Assembly: GCA_031979385.1 (NCBI GenBank)
Contig: DALZEF010000006.1
Span: forward strand, 34,014-98,013
Length of the DNA stretch: 64,000 bases
Source: Timonella sp.
Lineage (GTDB): Bacteria > Actinomycetota > Actinomycetes > Actinomycetales > Cellulomonadaceae
Reading direction: 5' to 3'
In this document: one piece after another, positions 30,681 through 40,832 of the stretch
How the letters are laid out: every line of letters begins with the position of its first letter
Numbering within the stretch: position 1 is the first letter of the stretch
Program-made: the position numbers and the translations under genes
The notes under the pieces: generated by a model
Seen by the model: only the letters and a program-made list of their open reading frames with translations
The model's database searches: none
Told to the model about the DNA's origin: nothing

Positions 30681-31822
30681 CAGTTTGCTCCACTAAACTC
30701 GCTGCGGCGGCTCACGATCCAGCGTGCGGTCATGTTGACCGCGAGGGTGATCAAGAAGAGCGCAAGACCGGTTGCGATCAAGGTCGATACGGCGAGGCCG
30801 GATGCCTCAGGGAATTTCGCGGCGATGTTTGCCGCGATGGTTTGATGTTGCCCTGGCTTGAGCAAGAAGAAGGAGAACAGGGTTCCGGGCGAGAGGATCA
30901 TGAGCACGGCCATGGTCTCACCGAGCGCGCGGCCAAGACCAAGCATGGAGGCCGAGATGACTCCGGAGCGCCCGAACGGAAACACCGTCATGCGCACGAG
31001 TTCCCAGCGGGTTGCACCGAGTGCAAGCGCCGCCTCTTCGTGGAGGCGTGGCGTCTGTAGGAAGATCTCGCGCGAGACGGCGGTGATGATCGGAAGGATC
31101 ATGACTGCGAGCACGAGGCTTGCGGTCAGCACGTTTCGTGCTGGCGCCTGGTAGCCCTCGAAGAGTGGGATGAAGCCGAGGTAGCTGGTCATCCATGCGA
31201 ACAGTGGGTCGAGGGTGGGTGCGAGCCAGAGCGCCCCCCACAGGCCGTAGACCACAGATGGGATGGCCGCCAGGAGGTCGATCACATAGCCGAGGACTCC
31301 GGAGACACTACGCGGTGAGTAGTGGGAGATGAACAGGGCGATTCCCACTGACAGTGGCACCGCGACTGCCAAGGCGATGATGGATGCGAGAAGCGTTCCA
31401 AAGATGAGCGGCAGGATGTAGCCGAGCAGGGAGTCCCCGTTAAACCAGGAGATCGCCTGCAACTCAGAGATATCGGCCGTTAGTGCGGGCCAGGCGCTAT
31501 AGATCAGGAAGCCCGCTACCGCGGCCAGGATAACCAGGATGGTTATCCCAGCCGCGGTGGAGAGGAATTCGAACCAGCGTGCCACAAGCACCGCCATGAA
31601 CTTAGACCGGTTCTTACCCGCCAGACGTGTTCCGCCCGGTTGCGGAGCACCCCCTTGGGTCTGGACATCTGCACTGTGGTGGTCGCTCGCAGCGGCGTGT
31701 GTGCCTAGCTGCCCACCCTGTGTAGATTCGCTCGTAGTGTGAGCGTTGTGTGCCCCGTTAGGGAAGGGCGTTGAGCTCAACTGAGTCATTGGGTCAGCCT
31801 CATCGGTCTGTGTATCGCGCAA
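30680..31822 (-). CDS. pstC: phosphate ABC transporter permease PstC
   Basis: EAA-like loop (LHEAALALGATRWELVRMTVFP). The long hydrophilic N-terminus makes the exact start uncertain. Confidence 0.9.
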   Translation of the reverse strand: MRDTQTDEADPMTQLSSTPFPNGAHNAHTTSESTQGGQLGTHAAASDHHSADVQTQGGAPQPGGTRLAGKNRSKFMAVLVARWFEFLSTAAGITILVILAAVAGFLIYSAWPALTADISELQAISWFNGDSLLGYILPLIFGTLLASIIALAVAVPLSVGIALFISHYSPRSVSGVLGYVIDLLAAIPSVVYGLWGALWLAPTLDPLFAWMTSYLGFIPLFEGYQAPARNVLTASLVLAVMILPIITAVSREIFLQTPRLHEEAALALGATRWELVRMTVFPFGRSGVISASMLGLGRALGETMAVLMILSPGTLFSFFLLKPGQHQTIAANIAAKFPEASGLAVSTLIATGLALFLITLAVNMTARWIVSRRSEFSGAN

Positions 31823-31872
31823 TGTTCTGCTCGTTACGTGTGTCGGGGTTTAGTGGTGCTGGTTCGGTTGAA

Positions 31873-33024
31873 TCACTTGGTGGTGATTGAGTCGATTGCT
31901 GCGGTGACCTCGCCGCGCAGCGCTTCGGAGATCGGGGCCGATCCAGCGACATCAGCCTGCGCTGCGATTGCTTGGCCCTCAGTCGAAGCTACGTAGTTCA
32001 GGAATGCCTTGACGTTGGTGGCTTCTTCAGCGGTCTCATACACGGAGCAAGCAACCGAGTAGGAGATCAGGACGAGTGGGTAGGCACCCTCTGCGCTCGT
32101 GTTGCGGTCGAGTTCAACCACGAGGCGCTTGTCGTTTGCGCCCTCTGCGCGTGGCGAGGCGTCAACGACTGCTGCTGCGGCTTCTGCGGAGAACGGTACG
32201 TAGTTCTCGCCGACCTTGAGGGCAACGGTTCCCAGGTCGCCTGCACGGGACGCGTCGGCGTATCCGATGGTTCCCTCGGCACCCTTGACGGTGTCGATCA
32301 AGCCGGAGGTTCCGTTACCAGACTGGGTTCCAGAGATTGGCCAGTCGCCGGATGCCTCGTGCTCCCACGCACCGTTCGAGGCTGCCTCGAGGTATTCGGT
32401 GAAGTTTTCGGTGGTGCCGGACTCGTCGGAGCGGTTCACCGGAGTGATTGCGAGGTCTGGGAGTTCGACGCCCTCGTTCTGTGCAGCGATCGCTGGGTCG
32501 TTCCACTTGGTGATCTTGCCGGAGAACACGTTCGCGATGGTCTCGGCGTCTAGGTTGATGTGCTCTGCGTCCACGCTTGGCAGGTTGTAGACAACCGCGA
32601 TTGGGGAGATGTAGAGCGGGAGTTCGAGTGCTTCGCCACCGTAGCAGCGGTCCACTGCCTGCGCGAGTTCCTCTTCCTTCAGTGGGGAGTCGGTGCCAGC
32701 AAACTGGACACCACCCGCGAGGAACTGGGTACGTCCACCACCGGAGCCAACGGCTTCGTAGTTGACGGTGAGGTTTGGTGCAACTGAGGTGAGGGTTGCA
32801 ATCCATCCCTCCATTGCCTTCTCCTGGGAACTTGCACCAGCACCGGCGATTGAGCCGGATGCCTCTGGCTCATCGGTCTCGGTTGGAGCGTCCGTGGTGC
32901 TGGTCTCTGCTGGCGAGGTTGGCTCTTCCTGTGGCACGGCGTCCGAGCCGCAAGCGGCAAGAGCAAGCACGAGTGCGCCGGACAGGGCGGATGCGGCTAG
33001 GGCGCGGCTCTTTACGTTCTTCAC
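31873..33024 (-). CDS. pstS: phosphate ABC transporter substrate-binding lipoprotein
   Basis: Signal peptide plus lipobox (LALAAC) and a PstS-type fold. It is the first gene of pstSCAB. Confidence 0.9.
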   Translation of the reverse strand: MKNVKSRALAASALSGALVLALAACGSDAVPQEEPTSPAETSTTDAPTETDEPEASGSIAGAGASSQEKAMEGWIATLTSVAPNLTVNYEAVGSGGGRTQFLAGGVQFAGTDSPLKEEELAQAVDRCYGGEALELPLYISPIAVVYNLPSVDAEHINLDAETIANVFSGKITKWNDPAIAAQNEGVELPDLAITPVNRSDESGTTENFTEYLEAASNGAWEHEASGDWPISGTQSGNGTSGLIDTVKGAEGTIGYADASRAGDLGTVALKVGENYVPFSAEAAAAVVDASPRAEGANDKRLVVELDRNTSAEGAYPLVLISYSVACSVYETAEEATNVKAFLNYVASTEGQAIAAQADVAGSAPISEALRGEVTAAIDSITTK

Positions 33025-33127
33025 GTTGTAAACCTTCTTAAGTTTGCGTCAAAAAGTCTGGGGTGGCAGTTGGTTGATCCCTGCGCACAACTAGAAAGTT
33101 AGGAGCCGTAAATGACTGTCGTTTGGT

Positions 33128-33191
33128 GTTTGGGTGAAGCAAAGATGAACGTTACGTTTTTTATTCGCCCCGTAGGTTACGTAAGGGTGAA
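33128..33191 (-). promoter_or_regulatory. PHO-box-like direct repeats upstream of pstS
   Basis: The minus strand reads GTTCACCCTTA-CGTAACCTACG (33191-33170) and GTTCATCTTTG-CTTCACCCAAA (33149-33128). These are pairs of 11-nt units with a GTTCACC-like core, 105-170 nt upstream of the pstS start. Confidence 0.55.
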
Positions 33192-33281
33192 CGAGCACAT
33201 GGGATTTTCCAGAGGCGGTCGTCCTATGCCACGCGCAGGCGTGCTATCCGGTCTCGGTCGGGCTGCACCCTACATGGAACC

Positions 33282-33761
33282 TCAACGGCTGGTTGGCATA
33301 TACGTGATCACGGTAAGCGGCCCCTCGGCGAGTGTAGGTACCTCGAAGTTGTCAAAGTACTGTTCTGCGAGTTGCGCTGAGAGTTGGAAATCATCTGTGT
33401 TTTGGTTACCACGGTCGCGCACCCGTTTGAGGGCGACGTCTCTGGGCGTCTCCAGATAGATGGTTTCGGGTGTGACCCCGAATGGTGCGAGCAGTTCTCG
33501 ATATTCGTCTCGCATCCTCTTCGACCAGAACGAGAAGTCGAGCACGACGTCCGTGTCTTGCTTTACCAGGGCAAGGAGCCTCTGCTTCAGCTCGAAGGTG
33601 ATCAGTTCGTGCAGCTCGTGGGAGATGGGCATTTCCCGTGCCCCACGATTCCATGCTTCAACATCGTAGGAAAGTCGTGTGTAACCGCTTTTCTCGTATT
33701 GTCTGGCACGGTGGGTTTTTCCCGCTCCTGCGGGGCCGCACATGAAGACTACGTGGCTCAT
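33282..33761 (-). CDS. stand-alone P-loop ATPase/kinase (AAA_33-like)
   Basis: Walker A (MCGPAGAGKT) lies at the N-terminus. The length is 159 aa. Confidence 0.7.
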   Translation of the reverse strand: MSHVVFMCGPAGAGKTHRARQYEKSGYTRLSYDVEAWNRGAREMPISHELHELITFELKQRLLALVKQDTDVVLDFSFWSKRMRDEYRELLAPFGVTPETIYLETPRDVALKRVRDRGNQNTDDFQLSAQLAEQYFDNFEVPTLAEGPLTVITYMPTSR

Positions 33762-33894
33762 GGTATCGACACTACAGGTGCTTGACGACGATTCCCGCAG
33801 ATCGCTGCAATTGCGGGCTAGGCAGTCGGCTGGGAAATAAGAAGTCCGCCGGCCCCGCTATGCAGCGGGGCCGGCGGACGAAACTGTCAGCGCG

Positions 33895-34611
33895 CTATGA
33901 GCCGGAGGGGTCAGTGAACTTGTATCCCAGTCCACGTACCGTCAATACGAGTTGGGGATGTCCCGGGTCGTCCTCGATCTTGGCGCGGATGCGTTTGATG
34001 TGAACGTCCAGCGTCTTGGTGTCTCCCACATAGTCCGAGCCCCACACCCGATCAATGAGTTGACCACGGGTCAGCACGCGACCTGCGTTTCGGAGCAGGT
34101 ACTCAAGGAGGTCAAACTCCTTGAGCGGGAAGGAGACCGATTCACCGTTCACGGTCACGATGTGGCGCTCGACATCCATTTTGACCGGGCCTGCAGCAAG
34201 GACCTGGTCGTTCTCCTCGGAGGCCTGTCGGTCCTGTTCAACCGGAGCCGAGTGGTTGCGGCGCAGCACAGCACGCATGCGGGCGAGCAACTCGCGGAAC
34301 GAGTACGGCTTGGTGACATAGTCATCCGCACCCAGCTCCAAGCCCACGACCTTATCGATCTCGCCATCCTTGGCAGTCAGCATGATGACCGGGACATTGC
34401 CGCGTTGGCGCAGTTCCCGGCACACCTCGGTGCCAGAGATACCGGGAAGCATCAGATCCAGCAGCACTAGGTCCGGCTGCTCGGCGTCATATGCCTCAAG
34501 GGCCTCGTTGCCTGTTGCAACAGCCACAACGTCGTATCCTTCACGCGTGAGCTGATACGTCAGCGGCTCACGGTACGACTCTTCGTCCTCAACAACTAAG
34601 ATGCGCGTCAC
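33895..34611 (-). CDS. regX3: OmpR-family response regulator (RegX3/PhoP type)
   Basis: The receiver domain has ILVVEDE...LLDLMLP, followed by a winged-helix C-terminus. The gene lies downstream of the sensor kinase with a GTGA overlap. The gpmA-senX3-regX3 arrangement matches mycobacteria. Confidence 0.8.
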   Translation of the reverse strand: MTRILVVEDEESYREPLTYQLTREGYDVVAVATGNEALEAYDAEQPDLVLLDLMLPGISGTEVCRELRQRGNVPVIMLTAKDGEIDKVVGLELGADDYVTKPYSFRELLARMRAVLRRNHSAPVEQDRQASEENDQVLAAGPVKMDVERHIVTVNGESVSFPLKEFDLLEYLLRNAGRVLTRGQLIDRVWGSDYVGDTKTLDVHIKRIRAKIEDDPGHPQLVLTVRGLGYKFTDPSGS

Positions 34612-35918
34612 GCGCCCTCCTCATTATCGTCAGGTTCCGCCTTGCGCGGGATGCTGCGCACCTGCAGCACGTCGGTTGGTAGTAAGACTCTGTTGGGTCG
34701 CTCAAACCGGGTGCGACCCGTGCCCGTGGGTTCTGGGATGTCGATGTCGTCGTAGTAGTCATCGTCCTCGGAGATTGATGTCTCTGGACTTTGCTTGACC
34801 TCGGCGGGAATGCGCAATGTGAAGGTTGACCCCTGGCCCTCGCGCGACCATACCGTGACGTCACCGCCATGGTCTGCGGCAACATGCTTGACAATCGAGA
34901 GTCCAAGCCCTGTTCCACCTGTGGCTCGTGAGCGCGCCGGGTCGACGCGATAGAAGCGCTCGAAGATACGGCTCTGGTGTTCCGGTGAGATGCCGATGCC
35001 CTGGTCCACCACCGTGATCTCGACGAGGTCGCCCTTTTGGGTGACGCCGACCCCCACATTCGTCTTCTCCGGAGAGTAGGCGACTGCGTTGTCGACCAGA
35101 TTTCGCACTGCGGTGACGAGCAGATTGTGATCGCCGTACACATGGGTGTCGAGGTCTCCGCCGACGGTGAGGGTGATGTCCTTGCCCTGAGCGACGACTC
35201 GGGCGCGATCGGTGGCCTCCTCGATGACCCCACGCACCTGAACGACGCTCGCCGGGTGTGTGGACCCCTCCAGTTGGAGACGCGAGAGCTCGATGATCTC
35301 CTGCACGAGTTGCGCCAAGCGCTTGGACTCCTGGCTCATTCTTCCCGCAAAATGGCGCACAGCTTCTGGATCGTCTGCCGCGTCCTGGAGCGTCTCCGCG
35401 AGCAGACCGATTGCTCCAACAGGTGTTTTGAGTTCGTGTGAGACATTGACTGTGAAGTCCCGGCGGATGGTCTCAACCCGCTTGGCCTCGGTTTTGTCCT
35501 CCGCGAGAACCAATACATGGTCGGCGTTGAGTTGCGCGACCCGCACCTGAAGCATCACGCGACCACGCCCAACGGGACCGAGCGGAAGCTCGAGTTCCTC
35601 GTCGGCGATCAGGCCTGAACGTCGTACGGAGTCAATCATGTCCTGGATCGCGGGGTGCACGATCTTGGTTCCACGCACTACACCCAGCGCATAGGCAGGC
35701 GCACTCGCCCGCAACACGGTATCGTCGTTCGAGATGATGACCGCAGCCGAGCGCAGAACTGACAGGACCCTGATAGCACCGCCATCGAGCCCAGTCGAAC
35801 GCAACGAACTTGCCGTACGCTGCTGCTTCTCACTGAACGTGAAAGCAAGCGTGGCAAAGACACCAACAGCGATGCCCACGGCCCCAGCGATGATCAGCGA
35901 AAAACTATCCACGCCCAA
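34608..35918 (-). CDS. senX3: sensor histidine kinase (SenX3/PhoR type)
   Basis: It has an N-terminal TM helix and an H-box (FTVNVSHELKTP), plus N, G1 and G2 boxes (VDNAVAYS, DQGIGI, GGTGLGLSIV). The start is TTG or GTG. Confidence 0.8.
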   Translation of the reverse strand: MGVDSFSLIIAGAVGIAVGVFATLAFTFSEKQQRTASSLRSTGLDGGAIRVLSVLRSAAVIISNDDTVLRASAPAYALGVVRGTKIVHPAIQDMIDSVRRSGLIADEELELPLGPVGRGRVMLQVRVAQLNADHVLVLAEDKTEAKRVETIRRDFTVNVSHELKTPVGAIGLLAETLQDAADDPEAVRHFAGRMSQESKRLAQLVQEIIELSRLQLEGSTHPASVVQVRGVIEEATDRARVVAQGKDITLTVGGDLDTHVYGDHNLLVTAVRNLVDNAVAYSPEKTNVGVGVTQKGDLVEITVVDQGIGISPEHQSRIFERFYRVDPARSRATGGTGLGLSIVKHVAADHGGDVTVWSREGQGSTFTLRIPAEVKQSPETSISEDDDYYDDIDIPEPTGTGRTRFERPNRVLLPTDVLQVRSIPRKAEPDDNEEGA

Positions 35919-36039
35919 TAGCCTACGGTGCTACCACACCGTTTGGCGCCCACCTCCATCACCGCGGAATGCAGAAACCGCAGAAATTTAGGGGTTTCTC
36001 GCATCACTCGGACAAGAGTTCATACATGCGACACCAGCC

Positions 36040-36060
36040 GTTCACCTTAGGGTTCCCCCA
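36040..36060 (+). promoter_or_regulatory. PHO-box-like direct repeat upstream of phoU
   Basis: GTTCACCTTAG-GGTTCCCCCA is two 11-nt units. It lies 92 nt upstream of the phoU ATG in the divergent senX3/phoU intergenic region. Confidence 0.5.
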
Positions 36061-36151
36061 AACACACTTGGCTTTGTCAGTGTAGAGGCTGTTGAGCAAG
36101 TCGATGACTTCGGTGTGCTCGCCTAAACTTTTACGTCCCAAAAGGAGCGAC

Positions 36152-36805
36152 ATGCGCAAGATCTTCGAGGCTGAACTTCAGGCCCTCGGTGACGACCTCG
36201 AGCAGATGGCCGAGCTCGTCCTCAAAGCAATCACCGGTGCAAGCAAGGCACTGCAGACTCAAGACCTCACCCTTGCACAGCAGGTCATCGCCGACGACCA
36301 GGCAATCGATGCACTCGAACGAGACCTCGACGAACGTTGCGTTCTCCTGCTCGCGCAGCAACAGCCGGTTGCCACCGACCTCCGTGTCATCGTCTCGGTT
36401 CTGCGGATGAGCGCCAGCCTTGAGCGCATGGGCGACCTCGCTCGCCACATCGCAGAGGTATCGCGCCGCGCATTCCCAAACCCCGGTAGCCCCTCGCAGC
36501 TCCGCGACACCTACGAGCAGATGGGCGAGGCCGCGCAGCGAGTCGCGCAGCGTGTCTACGAGATCGTCACATCCCACGACCTCGAAGAGGCCGGTTCCAT
36601 CGAACGCGATGACGATCTACTCGATGAGTTACACAACTCCGTGTTCACCACTGTGCTTGGACCGGACTGGAAGGGAAGCGCGCAGGAGACGGTCGACGCC
36701 ACCCTACTCTCGCGCTACTTCGAGCGATTCGGTGACCACGGCGTATCCGTGGCCCGCCACGTCCAGTACCTCGTGACCGGAGAGTTCGGCCCTGTCGAGG
36801 CCTAG
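36152..36805 (+). CDS. phoU: phosphate signalling complex protein PhoU
   Basis: It shows the duplicated PhoU helical repeat (ERDLDERC..., ERDDDLLDEL...). The ATG at 36152 is preceded by an AAAGGAG Shine-Dalgarno. Confidence 0.9.
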   Translation: MRKIFEAELQALGDDLEQMAELVLKAITGASKALQTQDLTLAQQVIADDQAIDALERDLDERCVLLLAQQQPVATDLRVIVSVLRMSASLERMGDLARHIAEVSRRAFPNPGSPSQLRDTYEQMGEAAQRVAQRVYEIVTSHDLEEAGSIERDDDLLDELHNSVFTTVLGPDWKGSAQETVDATLLSRYFERFGDHGVSVARHVQYLVTGEFGPVEA

Positions 36806-36950
36806 TTCCGTCTCACGGCTGTTCCCTTTCCCCAACCTCTGTCCCTCAAGCCCATGGGCCAGAAATGGTCCAGGCGCATAAAAAAGATACGCACCTGGAC
36901 GAAAAACAACCCATTGATATTTTCTCGGGTACAGACGATCGAGTACAAAC

Positions 36951-36991
36951 AAAAGGTCGGGCCCACCGGTTTTCCGGTGGGCCCGACCTTT
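36951..36991. terminator. bidirectional terminator between phoU and gpmA
   Basis: The 15-bp stem pairs GGTCGGGCCCACCGG with CCGGTGGGCCCGACC around a TTTT loop. An A-tract precedes it and a T-tract follows. Confidence 0.85.
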
Positions 36992-37008
36992 AACTCACAA
37001 GGGCTAGG

Positions 37009-37752
37009 TTACTTTTTGCCCTGGTTTGCAACAGCCTCAGCAGCAGCCTTCGCAGCTTCTGGGTCGAGGTAGCGGCCACCCTTTTCGATTGGCTTGAAGT
37101 TCTCGTCCAACTCGTACACCAATGGCATACCGGTTGGAATGTTGAGCTCGGCGATGTCCTCGTCCGAGATCTCGTCGAGGAGCTTCACAAGCGCGCGCAG
37201 CGAGTTACCGTGTGCCGCGACCAGAACGGTCTTACCAGCCTTGAGGTCATCCTTGATGTCGGACTCCCAGTAAGGGATCTCGCGCTCAAGAACATCCTTG
37301 AGGCACTCGGTGCGGACAGCGGCAGCGTCCCCGACGTAGCGTGGGTCAGCGTCCTGGCTGAACTCGGTGCCAGCCTCGATTGCCGGTGGTGGCACGTCGT
37401 ACGAGCGGCGCCACAACTTGAACTGGTCTGCACCATACTCCTCGAGGGTCTGCGCCTTGTCCTTGCCCTGGAGCGCACCGTAGTGACGCTCGTTCAGACG
37501 CCAGTCGCGCTTCACTGGAATCCAGTGGCGGCCAGCAGCCTCAAGTGCAAGGTTTGCGGTGGTGATTGCGCGGAGCAACATCGAGGTGTGCACGACATCT
37601 GGGAGGATGCCTGCTTCCTTGAGGAGTTCACCACCGCGCTGCGCCTCTGCGCGGCCCTTGTCGGAGAGTTGTACGTCAACCCAACCGGTGAAGAGGTTCT
37701 TAGCGTTCCATTGGCTCTCGCCGTGGCGGAGCAAAACAAGCGTGTAAGTCAT
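37009..37752 (-). CDS. gpmA: 2,3-bisphosphoglycerate-dependent phosphoglycerate mutase
   Basis: [12 protein letters not shown] catalytic-histidine motif. I chose the start at the ATG at 37752. Confidence 0.95.
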   Translation of the reverse strand: MTYTLVLLRHGESQWNAKNLFTGWVDVQLSDKGRAEAQRGGELLKEAGILPDVVHTSMLLRAITTANLALEAAGRHWIPVKRDWRLNERHYGALQGKDKAQTLEEYGADQFKLWRRSYDVPPPAIEAGTEFSQDADPRYVGDAAAVRTECLKDVLEREIPYWESDIKDDLKAGKTVLVAAHGNSLRALVKLLDEISDEDIAELNIPTGMPLVYELDENFKPIEKGGRYLDPEAAKAAAEAVANQGKK

Positions 37753-37815
37753 GATCCTCATTCTTTCATTTTTCCGGCCCACGTGTGCGGGTCTTTCGTC
37801 CATATGGACAGGTGT

Positions 37816-39129
37816 TCACGAGATTTTCGTGCGTTCTTTGATCACACCGTCATAAACCTCGAGGGTCGCTTTCGCGGCGTGCTGCCAGGTAAACGTCGCG
37901 GCGACGGACCGGGCGTTGGCTGCGAGCCGTGCGCGTAGTTCCGGGTGGCTGAAGAATCTGCGGGTCTCCTGCGCCCACGTGACCGGGTCGTGGTTCGCAA
38001 TGAGCAGGCCGGACTCTCCATGCCGTACCGCCGTGCGTAAACCGCCCACTTCCGCCGCGATCACCGGTGTGCCGCAGGCCTGCGCCTCCACGGCAACAAG
38101 ACCGAAGCTCTCGTTTCGTGAGGGCATGGCCACCACGTCGGCAACGCGGAACCACGCTGCCAGCTCTTCACGCGTGCACGGAGGTTCGAACCTGACCTGG
38201 CGTCCCACCCCAAGCGCATGCACCAGTCTCTTCAAGTCGTCCAGAGCGCTCTCTTTGCCGGAGGCTCCGCCGACAATCACGAGTTGCGGCGCCTGTACAT
38301 CATCGGTCGCACCCTGTTCACGACGAACTTGTTGACCATACGCGAGTTCACCAAGCATCTGCACCAGAACGTCTGCACCCTTGAGTGGCTGAATCCGTCC
38401 AGCGAACACCACAACGTTGTCGTTGGGTGTGAACCCGTGACAAGCGCGTTCCTGATCACGAGTCAGACCTCGCGGCGAAAGGTCTGAGAATGTCGTCAGA
38501 TCTACGCCCGGGGGGACAACGTGGACACGATGTGGGTCAGCGTCGTAGTACTCGATAAGCTCGCGCGCCTCGTGCTCTGTGTTGGCCACGAGCGCATGCG
38601 CTTCCGAGACGACCTGCTCCTCGCCGAGAATACGCAGTCTCGGTTCAGGGGTGTCCCCCGGTGCCAGTTGAGCGTTCTTGACCCGCGCCATGGTGTGCAT
38701 CGAATGGGCAAGCGGCACGTTCCAGCGATCGGCCGCGAGCCAGCCCACCTCGCCGGCGAGCCAGTAGTGGGAATGCACGATGTCGTACCAACCGGGAGTC
38801 CGACCGGCTTCCGTACGCAACACACCCTGAGTGAAATAGCACAGTTGGCTGGGCAGGTCTTCCTTGTGCAGCCCCTCGAACGGTCCGGCCGTGATGTGAT
38901 GCACGAGCACTCCGTCGGAGAGTTCTACGCGATCAGGCTCCTTGGAACTGGTCCGCCGGGTGAATATCTCAACCGCGACGCCCTCGTGGGCAAGCGCCTT
39001 GGACAACTCCGTGATGTACACGTTCATACCGCCTGCGTCTCCGATTCCAGGCTGCGCCAGCGGAGAGGTGTGGACAGAAAGCATCGCAACACGAGTCGCG
39101 GTGCTGTCACAGGTCAGAGTCTTGGGCAT
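37816..39129 (-). CDS. mshA: D-inositol-3-phosphate glycosyltransferase (mycothiol biosynthesis)
   Basis: GT4 fold. The N-terminal motif [25 protein letters not shown] is typical of MshA. Confidence 0.85.
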   Translation of the reverse strand: MPKTLTCDSTATRVAMLSVHTSPLAQPGIGDAGGMNVYITELSKALAHEGVAVEIFTRRTSSKEPDRVELSDGVLVHHITAGPFEGLHKEDLPSQLCYFTQGVLRTEAGRTPGWYDIVHSHYWLAGEVGWLAADRWNVPLAHSMHTMARVKNAQLAPGDTPEPRLRILGEEQVVSEAHALVANTEHEARELIEYYDADPHRVHVVPPGVDLTTFSDLSPRGLTRDQERACHGFTPNDNVVVFAGRIQPLKGADVLVQMLGELAYGQQVRREQGATDDVQAPQLVIVGGASGKESALDDLKRLVHALGVGRQVRFEPPCTREELAAWFRVADVVAMPSRNESFGLVAVEAQACGTPVIAAEVGGLRTAVRHGESGLLIANHDPVTWAQETRRFFSHPELRARLAANARSVAATFTWQHAAKATLEVYDGVIKERTKIS

Positions 39130-39293
39130 GTACTACCTTGCATTGGTCCTAGACCTCATTGTTCCAAAGCATTGAAGGTAAGCACAAAAGACGTGTCCAC
39201 CGAATGGGAATGTGACGTATGACAGGCGCATAGCCCGACACCTAGGGCCATAGGTCCCACGGTTTTACAGGGCGTAACAGGCAGCATTGAACA

Positions 39294-39590
39294 ATGGACA
39301 CCATTGCAGACCCGCTCGCAGCAATCCGTAACCTCGTTGGCACTGACGAACCAGAAGCCGCAGTCGTCCCAGCATCCGCCGAGGATTGCGCCACCTTCGA
39401 CGACGATGCAATCGTCTGCACCTGCGCCAACGTGAACGCCGGAGAGATCCGCAACCTCGTCCGTTCTGGAACCTGCAACTCCCTCGACGACATCCAGGTC
39501 AAGACCCGCGCCGGAGGCGGCTGCGGTGCCTGCCTACCGTTCGTCGCAGGAATCGTACAGGTCGAGATCGGTCTACGCCCGCAAGACTAG
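39294..39590 (+). CDS. BFD-like [2Fe-2S]-binding domain protein
   Basis: The Cys pattern is C-x-C (VCTCANV) followed by GGGCGAC. Confidence 0.75.
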   Translation: MDTIADPLAAIRNLVGTDEPEAAVVPASAEDCATFDDDAIVCTCANVNAGEIRNLVRSGTCNSLDDIQVKTRAGGGCGACLPFVAGIVQVEIGLRPQD

Positions 39591-39594
39591 GTTC

Positions 39595-40677
39595 CTATGC
39601 TTCAACCGGCAACACGCATGCCGGGCTTGGAAGCCGCACGCTCGTGCGCTCTGAGAACTCACAGCGGGTTGCATCGAAACTCAGAACATCAACCGTGTGA
39701 GAATTCTGGTTGGCCACGACAATGATGTCGTGCCCTGCCAGTGCATCTGTGCCCTCGATGACTCGGAAGTGCCGTGGCCATGCCCCTATAACCGGTGCCG
39801 AAGCGACCCGGCGTAGCGATCCGTCATCCACAACATCGAAAACCACGACCTGGTCAACGCCACGCAGCGCAACATACAGACGTTTCTGGTCCGCCGACAA
39901 CTCCACGTGGGATGCCCAGTACTCCTGCTCTGTGTCCTCAAGTAGCAGCCCATCCCAGACAATCTGTCCGCTGCCGTCAGCGGTGCTATAGGCAACCGTG
40001 TAGACCTTGCCATCCAGCTCCCCCACCACATAGGCGTGGCCATTCAGACCGCACGCAATATGCCGTGGCCCCACGCCACCGGGGAACTCAACAGCGGACC
40101 CGAGTGCATCAAGGGTTGGAGCACCGTTCGAGTCTTGTGAGATTGCATAACGGAAGATGCGATCTGCGCCAAGGTCTGCAACCCATACGTACTGTGAACC
40201 AGGCAGTTGGCCCGCGAAATGAGCATGCGGACCCTCTTGCCGGTCTGCAACGGGCCCGGACCCGGTCTGCTGGAAGTTGCGCCCGCTGGCGCTCTGTGAG
40301 TCTTGAGCGAGTGGAAGCTGCTGCGAGAACACAGACCCACTGCCATAGTTTGTGACAATTGCCTGCCCGCCGGTGACAATCACGTGACAGGGGTGTGCAC
40401 CACGCGTCGAAACCCGCGCAACGATTTCCAGTTCTTCGTCAGTTACGGCAAGTTCCGTGAGTCCCCCCTCCGGGTTCTCAGAAACCGCTATAACAGTGGA
40501 GTGGTCATGATCCCATGTAATAAATGATGGGGAACTCAGTTCAACTTTTTGCTGCAGATCGGTGATTTGCGCGGACGAGGCATCAAGGCTGGCACACCAA
40601 ATACCCTCCTGCGGGAATTCCGCGATGCCATGGGGATAGGTACCGAAATAGAGGCGCATCGAATTAGTTCCATTCAT
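39595..40677 (-). CDS. beta-propeller lactonase family protein (6-phosphogluconolactonase-like)
   Basis: LYFGTY at the N-terminus, repeated propeller blades and GAWPRHF near the C-terminus. The start is uncertain (ATG at 40677 or 40659). Confidence 0.75.
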   Translation of the reverse strand: MNGTNSMRLYFGTYPHGIAEFPQEGIWCASLDASSAQITDLQQKVELSSPSFITWDHDHSTVIAVSENPEGGLTELAVTDEELEIVARVSTRGAHPCHVIVTGGQAIVTNYGSGSVFSQQLPLAQDSQSASGRNFQQTGSGPVADRQEGPHAHFAGQLPGSQYVWVADLGADRIFRYAISQDSNGAPTLDALGSAVEFPGGVGPRHIACGLNGHAYVVGELDGKVYTVAYSTADGSGQIVWDGLLLEDTEQEYWASHVELSADQKRLYVALRGVDQVVVFDVVDDGSLRRVASAPVIGAWPRHFRVIEGTDALAGHDIIVVANQNSHTVDVLSFDATRCEFSERTSVRLPSPACVLPVEA

Positions 40678-40832
40678 GGGCACAACTGCATGTTCGCCGG
40701 ATAACCATAACAGGCTGTGAGTTACCTGTATGCATTCACAGCGATTCACAGATTTGCGGCTACTTGACTTGGAGACGCAAGAAACAGTAAACGGGGTGCT
40801 CCCTCATGGGAACACCCCGTCTAATACCAGAG

